Below, in pieces: positions 1-7,414 of a stretch of 64,000 nt of DNA (the first letter of the stretch is position 1; the number at the start of each line of letters is the position of its first letter). Under the pieces are notes generated by a model that worked only from the letters and a program-made list of their open reading frames with translations, was not told the origin of the DNA and did no database searches. The position numbers and the translations under genes were made by a program. The stretch lies in sequence record SRR22947725_330. One strand, given 5' to 3'.

Positions 1-441
1 ACGCCCGAAACAACTACGACCACGCCCGAACCCGAAACTGTGCTGGAGATCATTCAGAATCGCGAGGACCTCTCGTTGTTCAACCAGGCAATTATCGTGG
101 CCGGGCTGGAGAGCGACCTCAAAGGCCCGGGCCCCTTTACGATCATGGCGCCATATGACGAAGCTATGAAGCAGTTGACCGACGCACCGGACTTGACAGA
201 TGAGGCCACTGCCAAGGACTTCGTGAATGCTCACGTGCTGCGCGGCGAAAAGCTCGAGCGGGATGATTTCGTCGATGGAAAAAAGATCACTTTCGAGGAC
301 GGCGTCGAACGGCTTGTCGCCGTCTCGGAGTCAACGATCATGATTGATAACGCCGAGGTCCTTGATGCACCCGCTGCAGAACAGGCCGACAATGGAATTG
401 TCCACACGCTCAAACAGACGCTGATCCCACCGACGCCGTGA
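1..441 (+). CDS. Fasciclin (FAS1) domain protein, 5'-partial
   Basis: Frame 1 is open from the window start (TPETTTTTPEPE linker). FAS1 motifs GPFTIMAPYDEA and ADNGIVHTL. Confidence 0.85.
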   Translation, partial: TPETTTTTPEPETVLEIIQNREDLSLFNQAIIVAGLESDLKGPGPFTIMAPYDEAMKQLTDAPDLTDEATAKDFVNAHVLRGEKLERDDFVDGKKITFEDGVERLVAVSESTIMIDNAEVLDAPAAEQADNGIVHTLKQTLIPPTP

Positions 442-471
442 TCGAGCACCCTGACCCGGTGAGCTGATCGC

Positions 472-1671
472 TCAGCGAATCGGTGAAGGGTGCATACCGA
501 GATGCAAATCGGTGCTGTCATCGGGATCGGGCACGTACGGGTGAGCAAGGGCCACAGCCTCGTTCAGCTCGGTGCCGAGTCCCGGTTCTCGTGACGGCCG
601 TACGTAGCCGTCCTCCCAATCGAGCGGCGTGGTGAGCAATTCGGCGTGGAAGCCGGACCAGTCTTGAATCGCCTCGACGATCAACAGGTTCGGCAACGTT
701 GCGCCGAGCTGGATGTTCGCCGCACCGAGAATCGGACCCGAGTACAGGTGCGGGGCGATCTGGCAGCCTGCGGCTTCGCCGATCGCTGCGATCTTCTTCG
801 CGGCCAAGATGCCGCCGCACCGCCCGAGATTGGGCTGCCAAATCGCTGCCGCCTGATGCTGAGCAAGTGCTGCGAACTCAGAAATGGTCGTGAGTCTCTC
901 GCCCGTCGCAATCGGGATCGTCGTTTGACGTGCAACCCGTGCCATCTCTTCGGGCAGGTCGGGTTGCGTCGGCTCCTCGAACCAGAGGGGGTCGAAGGGT
1001 TCGAGCTGCTGTGCCAACCGGATGGCTCCGGCAGCGGTGAACTGGCCGTGGGTTCCGAAGAGGAGGTCGGCTCGATCGCCAACCGCCTCGCGGACGGCTC
1101 CGGTCAAGGCCACTGAGCGAGCGATGTCATCGAGACTCGGCATGTGGCCGTCGAAAGCGGTGTAGGGGCCGGCCGGGTCGAACTTGACCGCGTTGAACCC
1201 TCGCCCGACTTCGAACAAGGCCTGGTCCGCAGCTTGGGCCGGGTCTGCGTAGACATCTGGTCGATCGAGCGTCGGGTAGAGGTAGGTGTACGTGCGGAGC
1301 CGATCGTGGACGCGCCCACCAAGCAGATCGCTGATCGGGAGGCCAGCATCCTTGCCGACGATGTCCCAACAGGCCATCTCGATGCCGCTCATGATGCCGA
1401 CCAGCGTCGGGTCGGGTCGTAGCGCGTAACCACTCGAGTACATCCGCCGCCACAGCAGTTCAATGCGATGCGGGTCGGCATCGATGACCAATCGGTCGGC
1501 GATGTCGGTGACCATTGCTGCAACGGTGTGGGGCCCGACGGTGGCGACGTAGATCTCGCCGTATCCGACCACGCCGGTATCCGTCGTGAGCTTGACAACA
1601 ATGAAGTAGCGGCCGCCGTGGTGAGGCGGCGGGTTCCCGATGACGAACGTGGTGCAGTCGGCGATCTTCAC
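472..1671 (-). CDS. Mandelate racemase/muconate lactonizing enzyme family (enolase superfamily, acid-sugar dehydratase-like)
   Basis: Motifs KLTTDTGVVGYGE, SGIEMACWDIVGK, WFEEP, IATGERL and PGLG. Start set at GTG 1671 (VKIADC). Confidence 0.88.
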   Translation of the reverse strand: MKIADCTTFVIGNPPPHHGGRYFIVVKLTTDTGVVGYGEIYVATVGPHTVAAMVTDIADRLVIDADPHRIELLWRRMYSSGYALRPDPTLVGIMSGIEMACWDIVGKDAGLPISDLLGGRVHDRLRTYTYLYPTLDRPDVYADPAQAADQALFEVGRGFNAVKFDPAGPYTAFDGHMPSLDDIARSVALTGAVREAVGDRADLLFGTHGQFTAAGAIRLAQQLEPFDPLWFEEPTQPDLPEEMARVARQTTIPIATGERLTTISEFAALAQHQAAAIWQPNLGRCGGILAAKKIAAIGEAAGCQIAPHLYSGPILGAANIQLGATLPNLLIVEAIQDWSGFHAELLTTPLDWEDGYVRPSREPGLGTELNEAVALAHPYVPDPDDSTDLHLGMHPSPIR

Positions 1672-1741
1672 GGTCACACACTGGCACAGTGCTCGCATCG
1701 CACTGCGGTGCGACTTGTCGACTGGACACACGGTCTGCGAC

Positions 1742-2480
1742 GTGACCGAACATTTCGACCTCTTGCGGCTCGCCGACGGCAACCGCTCCACACACTTCCA
1801 ACTTCCGGTGACACCCGAACTATCGACGCCCTTTGACTTCCTCTATGGCGGTTCCGGCATTGCTGCATCAATCGAGGCTGCCGAGCGCGTCACTGAGCGA
1901 CCGTTGATGTGGATCACAACCCAGTTCCTGACCAATACCGCGCCGGACACGGTGGTCGACGTTGATGTGGCCACACCGGTTGCTGGTCGCGCGACGTCGC
2001 AGGTGCACGTGAATGCATCCGTCGAAGGCGAACTCATGCTGTCTTCGCTGTGTGCCCACACCAGTCGGCCCGAAGGGAAGCGAGAGACGTTTCTTACGAT
2101 GCCGTCGGTCCCGCCGCCAGAAGACTGTGGCCCGTTGGCTGAACCGTTTGACGCGGTTCCGAACCGGCCGAACAGCTTCTTTGATTTGCTCGACAGGCGG
2201 GTCGCTGTCGGCACATTTGCGTTCGGCGAGGATCAGCGACCCCAGCCGTGCCCGCTTGCGGTCTGGAGTTGAGTGCGTGGGCAGCCGCTGCGAACTGCCG
2301 CGAGCCTGGCCTTCATCGGAGACATCGTGCCGCTCGGCCTCTGCATCGCACTGGGCCAGCCACTCGGTGGCACGAGCATCGACAACCCAACAAACCTGCA
2401 TCATCCGAAGGAGCCATCACTCTTCCATTTCCGCAGGTTCGGCAGGTTCGGCAGGTACGGCGGCGACTGGCTCGGCCTGA
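1742..2480 (+). pseudogene. Acyl-CoA thioesterase (TesB-like double hot-dog), disrupted
   Basis: FLYGG and GR..SQ motifs. In-frame TGA at 2270-2272, then continuation to GTSIDN (about 2386). An apparent deletion/frameshift then leads to a C-terminal-like QQTCIIRR in another frame. Confidence 0.72.
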
Positions 2481-2481
2481 C

Positions 2482-3009
2482 TCAGACCCCGGTCAGCAGC
2501 GGCTCGGTCGGAATGCCGCCGTCGATCAACTGTCGCAACATGGGCGCGAAAGAACCTGGCGCAAAACCGACCGCGCCCACCTCGCCGGTTGCGACACGCT
2601 CGGCGTGCGACGAAATCTCATTGACGTCCCACCAGCGCATCTCGTGGACGCGTTCGGCCCGCATCTGCTCCCACCCGATGGCGGGAACGGCATCGAAACG
2701 GTTGGTGCGAACGAGATGAATCTGGTCCCGCTGGCCGTCGTACGTTCCATCGAGAAACGGAATCACGTGCTCGCGCGTCCAGATGTGTGGACCGACGTCG
2801 GCGCCCACGAGCCCGGTCTCCTCAGCCAGTTCCCGGTGCAGGGCAGTGAGATGATCCTCGCCAGGGTCGAGCCCGCCCCCTGGCAACGCCCACACGTGGC
2901 GGGTCGGAAACTCGAAGCGAACGAGCAAGACTTCGCTGGCCGGAGTGAGGAGCAGGGCCCGCACCGCTTGACGGATCCGCAAGCCAGCGGTGCTCGTCGG
3001 TTCAGTCAC
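2482..3009 (-). CDS. NUDIX hydrolase
   Basis: Nudix box GGGLDPGEDHLTALHRELAEETG. Confidence 0.9.
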   Translation of the reverse strand: MTEPTSTAGLRIRQAVRALLLTPASEVLLVRFEFPTRHVWALPGGGLDPGEDHLTALHRELAEETGLVGADVGPHIWTREHVIPFLDGTYDGQRDQIHLVRTNRFDAVPAIGWEQMRAERVHEMRWWDVNEISSHAERVATGEVGAVGFAPGSFAPMLRQLIDGGIPTEPLLTGV

Positions 3010-3292
3010 TGGGTGTGTCGCTCAAGCCGTCGTTGAAGTCCTTGTAGAGCCCGTACATCGCCTTGCATTCCTCGCACAAGGGGAGCTGCTTCGGGTCACG
3101 CGACGGCACCCAGGTAAAACCACACAGTGCTTCGACCGGCGTTCCCATGATCCGGGCCTCGAGCACCACGGCCTGAGCATTCTCACCCCGCTTCACCTTG
3201 ACGATGTGCGCTGCGGTCGGTTCCTCGGTTTCAGTGGCCTCATCGGTGAGCAGGTCCGTGTCCTGCACCGGCATCGTTTCCAGATCGGTCAT
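3002..3292 (-). CDS. DUF3039 domain protein
   Basis: AHIV...GTPVEALCGFTWVPSRDP..LPLCEECK pattern; overlaps the NUDIX start. Confidence 0.85.
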   Translation of the reverse strand: MTDLETMPVQDTDLLTDEATETEEPTAAHIVKVKRGENAQAVVLEARIMGTPVEALCGFTWVPSRDPKQLPLCEECKAMYGLYKDFNDGLSDTPSD

Positions 3293-3339
3293 GGGATCAG
3301 TGAATCACATTGCGGAGCCAATGGGGTACGGTGGTAGCC

Positions 3340-3468
3340 GTGTTGATCACCATCATTGTCACCGTCGCTGCAGTGGCTGCTGCCGCGGGCGCCGTGATTT
3401 CTGGTGAACGTGACAACGACAAGACGCCGATCCCCATCCCGGTGCGCACGAAACCACGTCGTCGCTGA
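3340..3468 (+). CDS. Putative 42-aa single-pass membrane peptide (absent from ORF track)
   Basis: GTG...TGA encodes MLITIIVTVAAVAAAAGAVISGERDNDKTPIPIPVRTKPRRR. TACGGT -10 hexamer lies 7 nt upstream (leaderless). Confidence 0.7.
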   Translation: MLITIIVTVAAVAAAAGAVISGERDNDKTPIPIPVRTKPRRR

Positions 3469-3567
3469 CGGCGCTGCGCCTGAGTCGGCGACGACTGGAT
3501 CGCGCTCTGACACTTGGCACACCGGTGCGCTGAACCCGTACGCGCCTGAATCAGGCACCATGGGACG

Positions 3568-4914
3568 ATGGCTGGGGGTCGAACGGGTTTGAAGGAGTCT
3601 TTTGTCTCCTTGTCGCTGCCCGACTATCGACGTCTGTGGTGGGCCGGAACGTTCTCGTTCATGGCCGTGCAGATGCAGTTCCTGCTGCGAGGCATTCTCG
3701 CCTGGGAACTCACCGAGCGCGACGGCGCCATTGGGCTCGTCTACCTCGTGTTCGGCGGGACGATGTTGATTGCGACCCCACTCGGTGGTGTCGCAGCAGA
3801 CCGGTTGCCAAAACGGACAGTGATGCTGTGGAGCCAGGTCGCGCTCACCGCAGGCGCCACCGCGATGGGCGTGGCTGTTGTCTCTGGAAATGAACAGTTC
3901 TGGATGCTTGCTGCAGCAGGACTCGTGCAAGGCACTGCGTTCGGCTTCTATGGGCCGGCGCGAGTCGCGTTCACCACCGAGTTGGTCGGCCGAGAACAAC
4001 TCGGCAACGCCATCACCCTGTCGCTCTTGAGCATGAACGGCACTCGTGTCGTCGCTCCGTCGTTGGCCGGCGCCTTGGCCGGTATCGCATTCTTTGGCAT
4101 CGGCGGCGCCTACCTCGTTGCCGGTGCGTTTTCGTTCGTGTCGTTCCTCGCTGTGCTGCGTCTGCCCCGGGTTACGCCTGCCGCCGACCTCCCCCCGGCG
4201 CGGCCGCTGGCTGAGATCATCGACGGGGTGCGCTACGTCCGGTCGCGGCCACACTTGCGTCGACTGCTCGTCAGCTCGTTTGTTGTCATCATGTTTGGCT
4301 TCAACTATGTCGTGTTCATTCCGGCATTGGTCAAAGACACCTTCGACCTCGACAACGACGGTTGGGTTGGCCTGATCAGTTCGGCGGCATCGATCGGTGC
4401 TGTGGCGGTCGGGCTGTGGCTCGCTGGTCGTGCCGATCAGCCAGGACGGTGGAGGGTGATGGCAATCACCGGCACGATCTTCGGTGCGGGCGTCGTTGCG
4501 CTTGCGCTGTCGCCGACCTACTGGGTTGCGGTGTTCGTTGTCATCATCATCGGTGGCGGCACGACCGGATACCAATCTCTGTCAAATGCCATCTCACTGA
4601 ACCTGACCGAACCGTCGCATCAGGGTCGCGTGCAGTCATTGCTGCAGTTGAGCTTCGCCGGGTTCGGCATTGCTGCGCTTCCGCTCGGTTTGCTTGCCGA
4701 GGCGGTTGGCCGTCGCCAGGCGATGGCATTGATGGGCGCAATCGCGACCGCTGCGATCCTGATCTATGCCACGGTCGAACGGTCGGCCCAAGCTGAGATT
4801 GAGGCAGGCGACCCTGAACCGGCACAGGGATCCACTCAGACGCCGACTCCGGACGTGGATGGTCGCAGGCCGGCAACGGAGCTCAAACCGTCAACTCGGC
4901 CAGCTCAGCGGTGA
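3568..4914 (+). CDS. MFS transporter
   Basis: About 12 hydrophobic segments; motif A GGVAADRLPKR. Confidence 0.9.
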   Translation: MAGGRTGLKESFVSLSLPDYRRLWWAGTFSFMAVQMQFLLRGILAWELTERDGAIGLVYLVFGGTMLIATPLGGVAADRLPKRTVMLWSQVALTAGATAMGVAVVSGNEQFWMLAAAGLVQGTAFGFYGPARVAFTTELVGREQLGNAITLSLLSMNGTRVVAPSLAGALAGIAFFGIGGAYLVAGAFSFVSFLAVLRLPRVTPAADLPPARPLAEIIDGVRYVRSRPHLRRLLVSSFVVIMFGFNYVVFIPALVKDTFDLDNDGWVGLISSAASIGAVAVGLWLAGRADQPGRWRVMAITGTIFGAGVVALALSPTYWVAVFVVIIIGGGTTGYQSLSNAISLNLTEPSHQGRVQSLLQLSFAGFGIAALPLGLLAEAVGRRQAMALMGAIATAAILIYATVERSAQAEIEAGDPEPAQGSTQTPTPDVDGRRPATELKPSTRPAQR

Positions 4915-5548
4915 TGTTGACGCGCGCTGCCTCTTCCCACTGCGCTCGTCCGGTTGCAGTGGCATAGATCGTTTGCCGTTCGAGAAACGCTGTGAGCACC
5001 GAGGTCCGGCCAGCGGTCCACTCAGCGTTGTCGAGGTGGCCGTATTCGTCGCGTATTTTCGAGGCGTACCTTTGGTATCCGAGATCGTCGGCGCCGAGGA
5101 TGGCGAGGTCGGCATCGAACAACACGGCGGTGCCGGTATCTGGCGGGTCGACATGTGTTTTGGTTCCCTCGATCATGGTGCCAACCAGAGTCGCTCGTGA
5201 GGTGTCCCACCCGAGCGCCATGAGGTCACGCCGCGCCAGGCGAGCGCTTGCTCGTTCGTTTGCCGGATGCTGCGACTCGTAGATCGCGTCGTGGTAGAGC
5301 GCAGCAGCCACGACCACGCTGAGGTCGTCGATCGACTCATGCGTCGCAAGCTCATCGATGTGGCCGAGCACTGCCTCGACGTGTTCGATGCGGTGATACC
5401 GGCGTTGGCGCTCGCGGTGTCGAAGGACGAGCCGTTCCAGGAGATCGGTGTCGGGGCTGACGTGGGTGGTCCACGCAACTTCAGCCACACCGGGGGGAGC
5501 CTCGTGGCCGGTGGGGTCGTTGTCGCGAGAGGGAGAGGGTGAGTTCAC
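4883..5548 (-). CDS. HD-domain metal-dependent phosphohydrolase (COG4339-like)
   Basis: RRYHRIEH, LYHDAIY, DADLAILG, IRDEYGH. Confidence 0.88.
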   Translation of the reverse strand: MNSPSPSRDNDPTGHEAPPGVAEVAWTTHVSPDTDLLERLVLRHRERQRRYHRIEHVEAVLGHIDELATHESIDDLSVVVAAALYHDAIYESQHPANERASARLARRDLMALGWDTSRATLVGTMIEGTKTHVDPPDTGTAVLFDADLAILGADDLGYQRYASKIRDEYGHLDNAEWTAGRTSVLTAFLERQTIYATATGRAQWEEAARVNITAELAELTV

Positions 5549-5574
5549 CCGTGCAGTCTGGCAGGCTGCACCCC

Positions 5575-5877
5575 GTGACGATCCTGATTGACGAGGCTCG
5601 ATGGTGGCATCGTGGCGAAAAATGGTGTCACCTGGTGAGCGACGTGTCGTACGACGAGCTGCACGACTTCGCCGATCTGGTTGGCATCCCGCGCCGCGGC
5701 TTCCATGGCGACCACTACGACATCCCGGAGTCGTATCGGGCCCAGATGATCAGCGCGGGCGCCACGCCGGTCGAAAGTCGAGAACTCCTTCGTCGATTGC
5801 GCAGTGCCGGACTTCGGCTGTCGCCGGCGCAACGGCGCGCCCACAAGGCGGAGTCCACCTCAACCACGCACGACTGA
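5575..5877 (+). CDS. DUF4031 domain protein
   Basis: WCHLVSDVSYDELHDFA...GDHYDIP. Confidence 0.85.
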   Translation: MTILIDEARWWHRGEKWCHLVSDVSYDELHDFADLVGIPRRGFHGDHYDIPESYRAQMISAGATPVESRELLRRLRSAGLRLSPAQRRAHKAESTSTTHD

Positions 5878-6312
5878 TCAGCGCGGCCATCGCGCCGGAA
5901 CGCCACAGAACTCACGTGGGCATGAGACCGATGTGCCGACGACAAACCACTCGACGAGCTCAATGTCGGACTCCCAGCATGATCGGTCGGCTTCGTGCCA
6001 TCGGGCCAGGTCGCTGATCTCGAAGTCGACGTTCGGTCGAATCGAGGCAACGACAAGACCGGCGACACCGAGCGATGACCGTGCCGACTCTGTAAGTGCG
6101 TCGATGACGCCGAGCACGGCATCGGGGTCGTCGGTCCCCGACACGTGCGTGATGCTCACACCGCATCGCCGGTGGTCGAGGGTCAGCACCAGCGTTTCGG
6201 CCGATGCCTCGGGGTCGACCATCATCAAGATGAGTCGGAGAGCGACCAGCGGTGCCTCGATCGGATCGATGTGAGCACGCGGCAGATTGCTGAACGACAT
6301 TGATGGAAACAT
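5878..6312 (-). CDS. Hypothetical protein, possible degenerate JAB/RadC-like fold
   Basis: AGGAGG just upstream of ATG 6312. C-terminal DIELVEWFVVG..VSCPRE recalls RadC GIELLDHIIIG..SFRE. Confidence 0.65.
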   Translation of the reverse strand: MFPSMSFSNLPRAHIDPIEAPLVALRLILMMVDPEASAETLVLTLDHRRCGVSITHVSGTDDPDAVLGVIDALTESARSSLGVAGLVVASIRPNVDFEISDLARWHEADRSCWESDIELVEWFVVGTSVSCPREFCGVPARWPR

Positions 6313-6316
6313 GAGA

Positions 6317-6384
6317 CCTCCTGAATGCGTTCGTTGGTGCTTGCCGCACCGCGGGACGAACGCGATGGATGAAATGCCAGGAGG
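6317..6384 (-). promoter_or_regulatory. Structured 5' leader sequestering the SD sequence of 5878-6312
   Basis: Nested stems 6317-6323/6378-6384 (contains AGGAGG), 6327-6334/6356-6363 and 6336-6340/6346-6350. Confidence 0.45.
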
Positions 6385-6462
6385 GAGTCGGTGATCGCGA
6401 CCATAGAGACGTGCTGTCACAGTGTTGAGCAGGTCACGGCGTTGCGCAGTACGGTCAGCGCG

Positions 6463-6969
6463 ATGAGTGACTTCACACCCACCACCGACGAACTTGTCGA
6501 ACTGAACTCTGAGTTCGCTGCGAACTTCTCGGACCACGATCTGCAGGTCGCACCGATGCGCCAGATGGCGGTTGTGGCCTGCATGGATTCCCGGATGGAT
6601 ACGTTCAAGTTACTCGGGCTGGAAAACGGCGAGGCGCACATCATCCGCAATGCTGGCGGGATCGTGTCCGACGACGTGATCCGCTCGCTGTGTCTCAGTC
6701 AGCGCGCACTCGGCACCCGTGAAATTGTCCTGGTGCACCACACCGACTGCGGCCTGGAGAAGGTCACCGACGATGGCTTCAAGAATCAGCTCGAAGCCGA
6801 GCTCGGTATCAAGCCACGGTGGTCTGTCGAATCATTCGTTGACCCCTACGCAGACGTCCGTCAGTCAATGCAGCGACTGCTGGTCACGCCATTTGTCGAC
6901 GCCACGTACATGCGCGGTTTCGTCTACGACGTGACCACAGGTGCGATCAACGAAGTCACGCTCGACTGA
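6463..6969 (+). CDS. Beta-class carbonic anhydrase
   Basis: CMDSR, IRNAGG and HHTDCG zinc motifs. Confidence 0.93.
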   Translation: MSDFTPTTDELVELNSEFAANFSDHDLQVAPMRQMAVVACMDSRMDTFKLLGLENGEAHIIRNAGGIVSDDVIRSLCLSQRALGTREIVLVHHTDCGLEKVTDDGFKNQLEAELGIKPRWSVESFVDPYADVRQSMQRLLVTPFVDATYMRGFVYDVTTGAINEVTLD

Positions 6970-7045
6970 CGGCCACCCTGAGGTCGCCAACTCTACAGAA
7001 CAACCGATGGGGCTGCGGCGCCGCCCGGGTTCTATTCTGATCGAT

Positions 7046-7399
7046 ATGGCTGATGTTCGGATCTATCACAACCAGCATTGAAACTCTTCAGTCAATGCCG
7101 TGCGCATTGCAGAAGAACTCGGTGTCGACTTCGAGACGGTCAACTACATCAAGAACCCGCCGGACGCTGACGAGATTGGTGGCATCATCGCCAAACTTGA
7201 AGACCCAGCCACCGACCTGGTCCGACGCGACAGCAAGTTCAAGAAGCTCGAGCTGACCGACGACGATGTGGCAACCGACGACCAGATCGTGGACATCCTC
7301 GTCAAACACAAGCAGCTGCTCCAGCGCCCCGTTGTCGTCACCAAGCAGGTGGCCATCATCGGCCGACCAAAGGGCCGCGTCACTGAGCTTTTGAGCTGA
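7046..7399 (+). CDS. arsC: ArsC-family (glutaredoxin-type arsenate reductase-like) selenoprotein, Sec at codon 12
   Basis: MADVRIYHNQH-TGA-NSS. H8, U12, S15, R60, R94 and R107 match the numbering of R773 ArsC. SECIS-like hairpin follows the TGA. Confidence 0.85.
7085..7116 (+). promoter_or_regulatory. Bacterial SECIS-like hairpin
   Basis: Lower stem TCTTC/GAAGA, upper stem CAATGC/GCATTG, loop CGTGC containing GU, directly 3' of TGA 7079-7081. Confidence 0.72.
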
Positions 7400-7414
7400 G
7401 CGGCGCACCGAACG

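Noticed and set aside
2270-2272. Second in-frame TGA as possible selenocysteine
   Set aside because: The position looks like Arg (WSR), not a catalytic Cys, and the gene has a second lesion. A nonsense mutation is simpler.
6399-6421. PafBC/RecA-NDp DNA-damage promoter (TGTGAC-N10-TATGGT, minus strand)
   Set aside because: Spacing fits, but the hexamer departs from TGTCRG; insufficient support.
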